From positions 1-64,000 of IMG/VR virus record IMGVR_UViG_3300045988_092551: a DNA stretch of 64,000 bases. One strand, given 5' to 3'. The position numbers and the translations under genes were made by a program. Source of the DNA: a virus. The first letter of the stretch is position 1; the number at the start of each line of letters is the position of its first letter. Shown here piece after piece: positions 1 to 8,141 of this stretch. The notes under the pieces were generated by a model. The model saw only the letters and a list, made by a program, of their open reading frames with translations. It had not been told where the DNA came from and ran no database searches.

Positions 1-35
1 AGGCACTCACAGGCGAGATTTCTACGAACTCCGCT

Positions 36-332
36 ATGGTAAATGAATTGGAGTCACTTAACTTCCAATACCACGAGGAGATGGACGAGTACGACGATAC
101 GGCGCCTGACCTTAACCCGGAGCTCATAGAAAACTTCAGGCAGGCAGAGAATACTGGCAAGAATGTTTCCATTGAAGCACAGGAATACCTTCTTGCCCTC
201 GGCATGTGCGAGAAGATGTTCAACCAGAAGATATGGGTCAACGAAGATGGCCATATATGCGACGAAGACGGTAACAGACTTTCCGCTGATGGTGAGCATC
301 GGGTATTCGATATCATCAAAGGTGGAAAATAA
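36..332 (+). CDS. hypothetical small acidic protein
   Basis: 98-aa ORF rich in D/E, followed by a strong hairpin terminator. No recognisable motif. Confidence 0.4.
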   Translation: MVNELESLNFQYHEEMDEYDDTAPDLNPELIENFRQAENTGKNVSIEAQEYLLALGMCEKMFNQKIWVNEDGHICDEDGNRLSADGEHRVFDIIKGGK

Positions 333-375
333 TATACATCTAGTTTTCATATACTAGATTTGTTTTAAATGGTTT

Positions 376-410
376 TCCTCTCTTGCCCGTGAGGGTAGGA
401 GAGGATTTTT
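376..410 (+). terminator. Rho-independent terminator
   Basis: 13-bp stem tcctctcttgccc/gggtaggagagga (with G-T pairs), GTGA loop, then TTTTT. Confidence 0.7.
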
Positions 411-483
411 AAAACGGCCCCGATTAGCCAAAAATAGGGAGCTTCGGCTCCTGCAATTATTAACTTTTAAAAAATTAAGAATT

Positions 484-1062
484 ATGGCAAATTGGGCATC
501 AACAAGCTATCGTGTTGAAGGCAACCAGAAGGACCTTCAGGAGTTAAACGACCTTTGCAAGGCGTTTATGAACAAAGAGCGTCCTGTAATGGAGGAAGGA
601 GCATCTGAGAACTGGGAAGGAAACATTATCCTGGCTCTTGGCGAAGAAATCGGTGATAACTACATTCGCGGATTTATCCATACATGCGAGTTATCGGACG
701 GCCTATTAAAAATTTGTGCAGAGGAGGCATGGGGAGCAACGGACTTCAATAAGCTCCTCGAAAAACACTATGGCGGCATGAAAGTGTACTTTATAGTGGA
801 AGAGGAAATGTGTGAGGTCTATGCTACAAACGACGCAGAAGGCAAATACTTCAACTGTCGCTCTGTATTGACTTCGTATGTAGATGGAGAATATCACAGA
901 GAAGAGTTTAAGAATAAAAACGAGGCATTAAAGTATGCAGCGAAACTCATTGGTCGTGATTCTGTCACAAAGTTAGAAGTTGCAAAGTGGAACGAGGAAC
1001 GCAAGAATAAAGGCGTTTTTGAATACATAAACATCAATGGATGTGATATTATTGACGAGTAA
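484..1062 (+). CDS. hypothetical protein; N-terminus resembles DUF1281/Api92-like ferredoxin-fold proteins
   Basis: 192-aa ORF. The N-terminus 'MANWASTSYRVEG' resembles the M-x-NW-C/S-x-N start of DUF1281 proteins, from memory only. Confidence 0.45.
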   Translation: MANWASTSYRVEGNQKDLQELNDLCKAFMNKERPVMEEGASENWEGNIILALGEEIGDNYIRGFIHTCELSDGLLKICAEEAWGATDFNKLLEKHYGGMKVYFIVEEEMCEVYATNDAEGKYFNCRSVLTSYVDGEYHREEFKNKNEALKYAAKLIGRDSVTKLEVAKWNEERKNKGVFEYININGCDIIDE

Positions 1063-1068
1063 TAATTT

Positions 1069-1100
1069 AAGCCCTACGCATCACGGTTAAGCGGAAAAAT
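1069..1100 (+). repeat. conserved intergenic box, copy 1 (aagccctacgcatcacggttaagcg + A-rich spacer + ATG)
   Basis: Near-identical to 1368-1401. Ends directly at the ATG of ORF 1101. Confidence 0.6.
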
Positions 1101-1358
1101 ATGTTAGAAGAAGAGTTGATTAAGACAGGTTATCGTTATCGTGAAAACGATGATAATTCCTTTGATGTATGTTACGACCATAACCAGGATTCATTTTTCA
1201 CGGGTGTCAATATGTATCATGTGGCAACTGTCAAAGAAGATAATGAGTTATGGTATATTAACAATAACGAAGGAGCCGGCTGGGGAGAATATCCAAAGGC
1301 TGATTGGACATTAGCAGATGCTGTCCATGACCAGTGCATCGACGATCACATCAATTAA
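1101..1358 (+). CDS. hypothetical protein
   Basis: 85-aa ORF immediately preceded by conserved box copy 1. Confidence 0.45.
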   Translation: MLEEELIKTGYRYRENDDNSFDVCYDHNQDSFFTGVNMYHVATVKEDNELWYINNNEGAGWGEYPKADWTLADAVHDQCIDDHIN

Positions 1359-1367
1359 TAAACATCT

Positions 1368-1401
1368 AAGCCCTATCGCATCACGGTTAAGCGACAAAAA
1401 T
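1368..1401 (+). repeat. conserved intergenic box, copy 2
   Basis: aagccctatcgcatcacggttaagcgacaaaaat directly precedes the in-frame ATG at 1402. Confidence 0.6.
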
Positions 1402-1704
1402 ATGGAGAATATATTAGAAAAGACGGTGAAGGAAAATGGAAATATCAACTTAAACGAATTAAGTTGGAAGCAGGTCGTTGCACTCCTGAACGCCTGGGAT
1501 TCCAGCTTCGCAAGAAATGAGAACACGTCGTTCTCTGAGATGGTGAAGCGATGCTATAAATCACGTCCATGGCATGAGAATGCGAATATTATCTATTTGC
1601 ATCGAGATAACAAGAAAACTACCATCCTCCCTCACGCCTGTTATAACCTCGACGAAGCAGAGGAAAATATGATATTTAATTTGCTCAAAAAGCAATTAAA
1701 GTGA
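1402..1704 (+). CDS. hypothetical protein (start moved from 1318 to 1402)
   Basis: ATG 1402 is in frame with track ORF 1318..1704. It sits at the same distance from the conserved box as ATG 1101. The 1318 start would overlap the previous gene and translate the box. Confidence 0.45.
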   Translation: MENILEKTVKENGNINLNELSWKQVVALLNAWDSSFARNENTSFSEMVKRCYKSRPWHENANIIYLHRDNKKTTILPHACYNLDEAEENMIFNLLKKQLK

Positions 1705-1731
1705 ATCTCTACGGATGCAGTAGAACGAAAA

Positions 1732-1753
1732 AGCCCCGACCTAAGCCGGGGCT
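1732..1753 (+). terminator. possible terminator hairpin
   Basis: 7-bp stem agccccg/cggggct after the stop at 1704. No T-tract. Confidence 0.3.
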
Positions 1754-1971
1754 ACCACAGACCATTACAGTCTGACATCTACGATAGTAGAAATTTGCTC
1801 TATCAAGAGCGTTTAAATCCACAATTCCGAAGAATTGACCGTCAACGGAAGTATATTTTTATTTCTATTCCATAAAGGTTCGATTGAGGTCTTCCGAAGA
1901 CATGTGCAAAGATAGTGGATTTATTTCAGAAAACAATATTTCTTCAACAACAATTAACGAATTTAACTAAT

Positions 1972-2190
1972 ATGTACAAAGTCATAAGTACAGAATATCA
2001 TTTTTATCCTCATGTCGTGCTAGAATTGCAGGATACCGCCACCAAAGAGACAAAGTGGTGGTGCTACGCTGACTTTCATGACGAGGACCTATGCAAGGAG
2101 CTTGGGGTGAAGGACCTTACCGGTTGTTCCCTTGACAAACAGCCAAGTCACGGGACCTGGATATCCAAGGAGGATATAGGGCATCTGTAA
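1972..2190 (+). CDS. hypothetical protein (ATG 1972 preferred over GTG 1915)
   Basis: Track ORF 1915..2190 starts with GTG. In-frame ATG at 1972 ('MYKVISTEYHF'). Confidence 0.35.
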   Translation: MYKVISTEYHFYPHVVLELQDTATKETKWWCYADFHDEDLCKELGVKDLTGCSLDKQPSHGTWISKEDIGHL

Positions 2191-2210
2191 TCGCAGGTTC
2201 TCATACAACT

Positions 2211-2248
2211 AGCCGCTTATCTACTTGCAGATAGGCGGCTATTTTATT
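2211..2248 (+). terminator. Rho-independent terminator
   Basis: 12-bp stem agccgcttatct/agataggcggct (one G-T pair), loop acttgc, then attttatt. Confidence 0.7.
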
Positions 2249-2441
2249 AAGACAACCGCCGAAAAAGCAACGAAAATCACACATTTTTCTTAAACTACGT
2301 TAATTGTAAATATTCTGTACTTTAATGAATAGCACAAAAATTGTTTTTACTCTAATCGAAACACTTAGCCAAATCAGTACTTTCGAGAGTTCTGTCTTTA
2401 CTTTTTACTTGAATGAGCGAATTTTTGACACAAATCAGGCA

Positions 2442-2473
2442 TTTGGAGGGTAAGAATAATCGTCGTATCTTTG
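2442..2473 (+). promoter_or_regulatory. Bacteroidota sigma-A type promoter (-33 TTTG / -7 TAtcTTTG)
   Basis: TTTG at 2442-2445 and TATCTTTG at 2466-2473, 20 nt apart, in an AT-rich stretch. Confidence 0.55.
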
Positions 2474-2900
2474 CAGTGCTTGTTAGTAGTAGCGCACTAA
2501 ACAACAGACATTGAGTATACAGTGATTATTCACTTCCCTATACGAAACCCTATCCAGAGTTCGGAGCGCTACACGAACAAAGGATAGGGTTTTCACTTTA
2601 CCCTATTCCTTTTTCGGTCGAACAGGTAGTCTTGGTGGCTTGTCGGCTAAATACACTCGGCTACACAGACTATAAACCCACGTCACAAGAGGTGCATGGT
2701 GACACCGCAGGAACTGAAGGCAGAAGGCGGGCAGGGCTAGGCGTACCTAGAAAGCTGCTTAGATTAGGTGCTGTACGATTTGGCAGCCGATCCGACCGAA
2801 GGGGCTCATTATACTGGGTTCATGTAACTTCGAGTGGAATATTCCTACCAAGCTCTCATCGTTTCAATGACTGATGGGGGTAAGGGGGAGAACCACTCTC
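2474..2900 (+). ncRNA. candidate structured RNA or long structured 5' leader of the 2998 operon
   Basis: No credible ORF. Visibly more G+C than its flanks. Hairpin 2545-2555/2582-2592 (11 bp) with an inner 5-bp stem. Nested long-range helices 2613-2620/2793-2800 (8 bp) and 2643-2648/2785-2790 enclose hairpins at 2682-2703, 2705-2730 and 2731-2758. Confidence 0.35.
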
Positions 2901-2997
2901 TCAGAGGTCTATTGCCTGTTTCATATAACCTTTTAAAAAAGGAAAATATTAATTTTAAATAAGTAAACTAGTGGATAATTTTTAATATTTAAATAAT

Positions 2998-3543
2998 ATG
3001 AGTGTAAAAAACATTATTTTGGCATCAGTACTCGCAATAGTAGTACTCGCCGCAGGTTCAGTTATCGGTTGTTATTTCCATTACAACAACCAGGAAATCT
3101 CACTTCGCCAGCAGTCAGAGGCTCAGCGTGGCAAGATTGAGGGTGTTCACGACAAGATGTGGAAGGTTCTTCAGCAGAAGGCACAGGTTACGGATGAGTA
3201 CAAGTCCGCATTCGAGTCCATCTATCCGAAACTTATCGAGGGCAGATACTCAAAGGGAGACGGCTCTCTTATGAAGTGGATCAAGGAAAGTAATCCTAAC
3301 TTCGACGTTTCGCTATACAAGGACCTCATGCAGTCCATAGAGATTCAGCGCTCCGAGTTTCAGACATCGCAGGAGAGAATGCTCGATATCATCCGTGAGC
3401 ACGAGACGCTCGTGAAGACATATCCGGCAAAATGGTTCATCTCCGATACGAAACCTATCGAATACAAGGTTATCTCCTCATCCAAGACAAAGATGATCAT
3501 GCAGCTTGGAGAGGATAACGACGTAGACCTGTTCAAGAAGTAA
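2998..3543 (+). CDS. LemA-like membrane protein
   Basis: N-terminal TM helix followed by a helical domain ('QRGKIEGVHDKMWKVLQQKAQVTDEY...') resembling the LemA family, from memory. Confidence 0.5.
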   Translation: MSVKNIILASVLAIVVLAAGSVIGCYFHYNNQEISLRQQSEAQRGKIEGVHDKMWKVLQQKAQVTDEYKSAFESIYPKLIEGRYSKGDGSLMKWIKESNPNFDVSLYKDLMQSIEIQRSEFQTSQERMLDIIREHETLVKTYPAKWFISDTKPIEYKVISSSKTKMIMQLGEDNDVDLFKK

Positions 3544-3549
3544 CGGCTT

Positions 3550-4665
3550 ATGGAAATATTCATATTCCTAATCCCATTCGTGGTTGCTGCTTTCCTGTTG
3601 ATTTTCTTCAGGAAGCAGACAACCTGGTGGGAATACGCAGTACTCATTGTTCCATCCATCCTCATAGGCATACTCATGGAGTTCGTGTTCAAGCAGTCCA
3701 ATGCTGCCGACACGGAGTATCTCGGAAGTTACGTGACAAGAATCCGTCATTACGATGCCTGGAATGAGTACATACACCGCACGTGTACGAGGACAGTTGG
3801 AAGCGGAAAGCATCAACGTACGGAAACGTATGATTGTTCGTACGTAGACTATCACCCTGAACGTTGGACTTATTTCGATGCTAGGAACAAGGAAGAATAC
3901 TTCATGACCGACAACGAGTTTAATGTAGTCAGAAAGATTCTTGGAACCCGTAGCGTGTTCATTGATATGCACAGGGATTACTACACAAAGGATGGTGATG
4001 CACAGGAATGGGCGTGGGATGGCTCCATTGAAAACTCGTACACATTATCTTCTGAGCATGATTACAAGAATAAAGTGAAAGCCTCACGTTCTATTTTTAA
4101 GTTTGAGGATATTGATTATCAGCAGGCACGAAAGCTTGGACTGTTTGAGTATCCGGATATCGTTCTTTACGACCAGAATCCTGTTCTCGGACTGAAGATC
4201 CCGAAGAACCAGGAGAAGGCGATGAGATGGCTGAACGGATACTATGGTGAACGGAAGCAGTTTAGGGTGTTCGTCCTGTTCTTCACGAACAAGCCGGAAG
4301 AAATCGTTGAAAAGCAGCGCTCATACTGGCAGGGCGGCAACAAGAATGAACTTGTCGTGTGTGTCGGCATCGATAAAAACAAGAATGTAAAGTGGTGCAA
4401 CGCATTTTCATGGTGTGATAGCCCGGTCGTAGGCGTTAAGAGTAGAGACTGGTTTATGAGCAATCCTGTAAATCTCGAAAAGTACGCAGAGTATATCGGT
4501 CCGATTGTAGAAAAGGAATGGCATAGAAAGAAGTTCGAGGATTTCGATTATCTTACAATTGAACTTACAGACGTACAGTACTGGGCCATCATTATTCTCT
4601 TGCTGATATTCAATGTTGTAATGAGCTCCTGGATTATTTCTAACGATTATAAAAACGATTTGTAG
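3550..4665 (+). CDS. membrane protein, unknown function
   Basis: 371 aa. Two N-terminal and one C-terminal hydrophobic segments flank a large soluble domain. Starts 7 nt after the LemA-like gene. Confidence 0.5.
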   Translation: MEIFIFLIPFVVAAFLLIFFRKQTTWWEYAVLIVPSILIGILMEFVFKQSNAADTEYLGSYVTRIRHYDAWNEYIHRTCTRTVGSGKHQRTETYDCSYVDYHPERWTYFDARNKEEYFMTDNEFNVVRKILGTRSVFIDMHRDYYTKDGDAQEWAWDGSIENSYTLSSEHDYKNKVKASRSIFKFEDIDYQQARKLGLFEYPDIVLYDQNPVLGLKIPKNQEKAMRWLNGYYGERKQFRVFVLFFTNKPEEIVEKQRSYWQGGNKNELVVCVGIDKNKNVKWCNAFSWCDSPVVGVKSRDWFMSNPVNLEKYAEYIGPIVEKEWHRKKFEDFDYLTIELTDVQYWAIIILLLIFNVVMSSWIISNDYKNDL

Positions 4666-4668
4666 CGT

Positions 4669-5142
4669 ATGAAAGAAAGATTAAAAATGATTTTCGACCG
4701 CATCGACATCTTTGTCGTGTGCATTGTCATCGGGCTATGCTTCTGTATTGTGGAAGCCTTTCTTGGAATCTGGAACATGTTTGCTGATTGCTTCTTCATA
4801 ACTCTCCTTGCTACCGAATGCTGCTACATCCTCCGCTGCAACGAGAAGCTTCAAATAGAGCTGATAGAGACAAAGGAGAAGCTGAAGGAGGCAGAGAAAG
4901 AGTCGGATACTGCAATCCATCGGATCGTCAAGAAGGGTAGGATTATCCGCCTCTACGACTTCTTACTGGAAATGTTGTGGATGGAAAGATGGTCATGCGA
5001 GCATGCCAAGGTCAATTATTGCAAGCACAAGATAACATTGAGACAACTTGTTGATGCGATGAATCATTTCGATAAGAGGTGTGATGAGATTTCCAATAAA
5101 ATCTCTGAGCTTACCAAGGATTTGAACGAACTCGATAAATAG
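4669..5142 (+). CDS. membrane/coiled-coil protein, unknown function
   Basis: 157 aa with hydrophobic N-terminal segments and a helical charged C-terminal half. Confidence 0.45.
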   Translation: MKERLKMIFDRIDIFVVCIVIGLCFCIVEAFLGIWNMFADCFFITLLATECCYILRCNEKLQIELIETKEKLKEAEKESDTAIHRIVKKGRIIRLYDFLLEMLWMERWSCEHAKVNYCKHKITLRQLVDAMNHFDKRCDEISNKISELTKDLNELDK

Positions 5143-5202
5143 ATACTTGTCATAAAACAACTTTCCCCACGTCATTTGCCGATGGCGTGGGGATTTTCTA
5201 TG

Positions 5203-6381
5203 CTAACCGTTCAGATAGTCGATGACTTTTCGGTTCGCCTCGTCTATCTTCTTATTGTCGAACTGAATATAGAGCGAAGTGGTATCGTTGTCCCACTCGC
5301 TATGCCCCAGAGCCTTGCCGATAACTTCCTTCGGAATATCAATGCTCGCCGCTATGGTAGCCCAGCTTCTTCTGGCCGTATACCATATTATATCCTTGTG
5401 AAGCGGCTTGACTTCCTTCTTGACCAATGCGCCACGCTTGTTCTTCTTCATCTCGGTAGGTCCGATTCTCTTCAGGTAATCGCCTAGCTTTCTTCGGAAG
5501 CTTGATTCTTTCGTTCCATCATCCAGGATACACAGAAGGTGCTTCTTTCCCTTATACTTCCTGATGATCTCCATCGCTTCCGGCTCAACCTTGATGTCGT
5601 AGAGTCTGCCGGTCTTGTTGCGCTTGTATTGGATGCGCCCTCTCTTGATGCAGTCGGCAGGGAGTTCGAGCAGGTCGGAGAGGTTGATGCCTATCAGATA
5701 GAACCCGAGCATAAACAAGTCGCGGTACTTCTCCATAAAAGGCTCTACCGGAAAGTCGCGATACTCCCTCATCTCCTCGACACTCAGATATAGGTACTGC
5801 TGACGCTCCGTCTTGATGGAAAACTTACGGAAAGGATATTTGGTTGTAATCTCGTTGTCTATGGCCCAGTTGAACACCGTACGTATGTTTCTGAGGTCAA
5901 TGGCTATTCCGCCGCTCATACGACCTTTCAGGAGCTCATGTGCCTGGAATCTTTCGAGCCAGTCCCTGTCTATGCTGTCGAAGTTCGCATGCTCATCAAA
6001 AGCTTCAATCCTCTTCCTTGTTCTGAGAAATATTTCCTTGGTGCTGTCCTTGGCCTTGGTCTTGATGAACTCATCGATGTAGTAGAGGATATTCTTCTCT
6101 ATCGATGCAGCCCTTCCGTTGATGATGGCTTTGATTTCGTCCTTCATCCTTGCTGCCGGAAGCTCGCCGTTCATATAGATATATTCCTCCACGGACGCAA
6201 ACAGCCTTGCAAGCATCGCCGTCTTGGCTCTTGCGTTCGGAACACTCTTCGGGAAGATCATCCCGCTGAACTTGACGGTACTCGTGATGCCGGTATAGAC
6301 CTGGAATCTCTTTCCCTGATAACTGATGATAAAGAAAACCTTCAGTGACTTTCCTTCAACGTATGTCTTGATACTATTCAT
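5203..6381 (-). CDS. int: tyrosine recombinase / phage integrase
   Basis: C-terminal catalytic signature 'YTARRSWATIAAS...ALGHSEWDNDTTSLYIQ' (R...HxxR...Y). The N-terminus resembles the arm-binding domain of Bacteroides integrases. Confidence 0.9.
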   Translation of the reverse strand: MNSIKTYVEGKSLKVFFIISYQGKRFQVYTGITSTVKFSGMIFPKSVPNARAKTAMLARLFASVEEYIYMNGELPAARMKDEIKAIINGRAASIEKNILYYIDEFIKTKAKDSTKEIFLRTRKRIEAFDEHANFDSIDRDWLERFQAHELLKGRMSGGIAIDLRNIRTVFNWAIDNEITTKYPFRKFSIKTERQQYLYLSVEEMREYRDFPVEPFMEKYRDLFMLGFYLIGINLSDLLELPADCIKRGRIQYKRNKTGRLYDIKVEPEAMEIIRKYKGKKHLLCILDDGTKESSFRRKLGDYLKRIGPTEMKKNKRGALVKKEVKPLHKDIIWYTARRSWATIAASIDIPKEVIGKALGHSEWDNDTTSLYIQFDNKKIDEANRKVIDYLNG

Positions 6382-6383
6382 AC

Positions 6384-6445
6384 TTACTCACAGATTTTAC
6401 TCACAATTTTACTCACAACTCAATTTTACTCACATATTACTCACA
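6384..6445. repeat. five direct TTACTCACA repeats (putative integrase arm-type sites, P arm)
   Basis: Copies at 6384, 6397, 6409, 6426 and 6437, plus a degenerate ctactcgca at about 6448. Confidence 0.6.
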
Positions 6446-6566
6446 AAACTACTCGCATTGGCGTACATTATGCACGTTTTTGTACCTATTTTGTGGGTGA
6501 AAATGATGGATTTTACTATGTTTTTAATGGTGAAAAATGATGTAAGTTGCTGATTATCAGTATTTG

Positions 6567-6612
6567 AGCGAGATACGGGAGTCGAACCCGCCTCACAGGC
6601 TTGGGAAGACTC
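6567..6612 (-). other. tRNA 3' fragment (T arm, acceptor 3' strand, part of the anticodon arm); putative attP core
   Basis: The reverse complement reads ...ttcccaagcctgtgag gcggg ttcgact cccgt atctcgc t. The T arm is canonical, but there is no matching 5' acceptor or D arm upstream. Confidence 0.6.
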
Positions 6613-6668
6613 TCGTATGTTTTGGTAAATCTCTAACGCTCTGATACTTAGGTTCATCGAATAATACT

Positions 6669-6688
6669 GCACTCACATATTACTCACA
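6669..6688. repeat. two further (T/G)(T/C)ACTCACA repeats on the other side of the core (P' arm)
   Basis: gcactcaca at 6669 and ttactcaca at 6680, in the same orientation as the P-arm copies. Confidence 0.5.
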
Positions 6689-6703
6689 AAAACACTGTTT
6701 TTG

Positions 6704-7393
6704 CTATTTTAATGGCGTATATAACGCTGCCGTTATTCCTTCATAACCAGATATTGTGTTTGTAACGAATATCTGCTTACTTGCTGCGTCAACAGACTTG
6801 GCGTTTATGTAAACGTATCCCTGACTTGCGATGCCACCTAGATACCTTTCGCTCATGAAACGATTCATCATCTGTAATGCCTGGGAAGAGTTTCCGTGCA
6901 TTGTCATCGCAACGAAGGCACTCTCCAGTTTGTCTTTCTTGAAAGAGTATACTACGACATCGATATCCTCGTTCATCGCTGGATAGTAGAAAAGCATTGT
7001 CCTGTCGCTTCTCTTTGTATCAAGGCTTCTGGTCTCGTACCTCATTACATCCTCAGGTGTTGCATTCATCTTGCATAATGGCTCTCTGAAATAATTATAT
7101 AGGCCTCTCACTGTAACGTTACATTGGCTCTTGGATCCTCCGGATATTGCGTATATGGCGGTCTCACCGACGTGATTGGCTGTGACCTCTCCGTCGTTCA
7201 CGGATGCGACAAAGGTGTCTTCAGAAGACCAGGAAGCCTTACCTGTATGGGTGATAGTGTACTTATCTCCCTTTTGTAAGGTGATGGCTCTCTCGTTCAT
7301 TGAGAATGGTTCGTCATCGCTACTGTTACTACTGCAAGAGAAAAATGACACTCCTACCAAAGCAAATGCTGCTGCTAATAATACCTTCTTCAT
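6704..7393 (-). CDS. lipoprotein with Ig-like (Big_2-type) domain
   Basis: Signal plus lipobox 'MKKVLLAAAFALVGVSFFSCSS'. The segment 'ITLQKGDKYTITHTGKASWSSEDTFVASVNDGEVTANHVGETAIYA' matches the Big_2 pattern. Confidence 0.65.
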   Translation of the reverse strand: MKKVLLAAAFALVGVSFFSCSSNSSDDEPFSMNERAITLQKGDKYTITHTGKASWSSEDTFVASVNDGEVTANHVGETAIYAISGGSKSQCNVTVRGLYNYFREPLCKMNATPEDVMRYETRSLDTKRSDRTMLFYYPAMNEDIDVVVYSFKKDKLESAFVAMTMHGNSSQALQMMNRFMSERYLGGIASQGYVYINAKSVDAASKQIFVTNTISGYEGITAALYTPLK

Positions 7394-7414
7394 AATCCTT
7401 ATATATAATTAGTG

Positions 7415-7924
7415 TTATACCTCGATTCCGTTATCAGCAAGAATCTTCCTGAGAAGACGAATCTCGCTGTCCTTAGATCTGATGGTCTCGTTCTGCGCAT
7501 TGATAATCTGAATGAGTTGGGCATTCTTCTCTTTGAACGATTCCTCTTCACGCTCCTTGGCCCGTTCCGTTCCCGTAGTTATGTTTTGGCTATTGTCACC
7601 AACGTTCCCGGCATTTATCAGCTGCGCCATCGGTATGCCGTGCTTAAACGCCTCGTCGATGGACTCTTCTATCTTCTGATGCGTTTCGCCTAGCTGAATT
7701 ACCATATTTCCATTCATACTACCGCTTCCATACTTTAGCCAGCTATAGCTAACCCCGAGAGAATTGCATATTTTACTAATCGTTCCCTCGGATATTGACA
7801 GCTTTCCGCTTCTCATCTTGCCGATGTTGTTTGTTCCTGTAGCCTTCATGAAGGCATTCTCGCTCATCTTCTTAATCTTGATGAGGTAATCTAACCTTTC
7901 TTGTACCGAATTTAATGTTCCCAT
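7415..7924 (-). CDS. CI-like HTH (XRE-family) repressor with coiled-coil C-terminus
   Basis: HTH region 'MSENAFMKATGTNNIGKMRSGKLSISEGTISKICNSLGVSYSWLKYG'. Divergent from the early operon. Confidence 0.7.
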   Translation of the reverse strand: MGTLNSVQERLDYLIKIKKMSENAFMKATGTNNIGKMRSGKLSISEGTISKICNSLGVSYSWLKYGSGSMNGNMVIQLGETHQKIEESIDEAFKHGIPMAQLINAGNVGDNSQNITTGTERAKEREEESFKEKNAQLIQIINAQNETIRSKDSEIRLLRKILADNGIEV

Positions 7925-7974
7925 AATGCTTCTTAGTTATATATACGCAACTAAATCGACTCGAAACGTTAAAA

Positions 7975-8025
7975 TTCGGTAATATACCGAAGTATTTTAC
8001 CGAAACATTAGGTACTTTACCGAAG
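7975..8025. promoter_or_regulatory. operator cluster (ACCGAA half-sites)
   Basis: Perfect 7-3-7 inverted repeat ttcggta-ata-taccgaa (7975-7991), plus tttaccgaa at 7996-8004 and 8016-8024. Confidence 0.5.
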
Positions 8026-8031
8026 TTTTTG

Positions 8032-8039
8032 TACCTTTG
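8032..8039 (+). promoter_or_regulatory. -7 box TAccTTTG of the rightward early promoter
   Basis: Exact TAnnTTTG match immediately downstream of the operator cluster. Confidence 0.5.
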
Positions 8040-8093
8040 CACTCGTTGACGGTCGAGTAACCAACAAAGCCGTTGCAAACGGAGGCTTGTGCG

Positions 8094-8111
8094 ACCGAAA
8101 GTACGTACTTT
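8094..8111. promoter_or_regulatory. additional operator-like palindrome
   Basis: accgaa followed by the perfect 14-bp palindrome aaagtacgtacttt (8098-8111). Confidence 0.4.
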
Positions 8112-8133
8112 ACATTGACACTGCAAATATACG

Positions 8134-8141
8134 ACTTTTTT
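8134..8141 (-). promoter_or_regulatory. -7 box TAtaTTTG (leftward, toward the repressor)
   Basis: Plus-strand caaatata equals TATATTTG on the minus strand. Confidence 0.4.

Noticed and set aside
36-332. Acidic 98-aa protein as a DNA-mimic anti-restriction factor
   Set aside because: The only evidence is a high D/E content, with no recognisable Ocr/ArdA-like pattern. Too speculative to report as a finding.
2317-2383. GTACTTT motifs (2317, 2377) as extra repressor operators controlling the 2442 promoter
   Set aside because: The motif is short and A/T-rich and lies in an A/T-rich region, so chance occurrence is likely. I kept this only as a remark under the immunity-region finding.
2632-2874. 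80-aa ORF (TTG start) in the long intergenic region
   Set aside because: Arg/Gly-rich, non-ATG start, and it sits in a region with extensive RNA-like base pairing. Treated as non-coding.
6567-6612. Prophage end / host junction at the tRNA fragment
   Set aside because: Phage-type genes continue on both sides (accessory genes and integrase to the left; lipoprotein, repressor and early genes to the right). The site is therefore interpreted as attP, not attL/attR.
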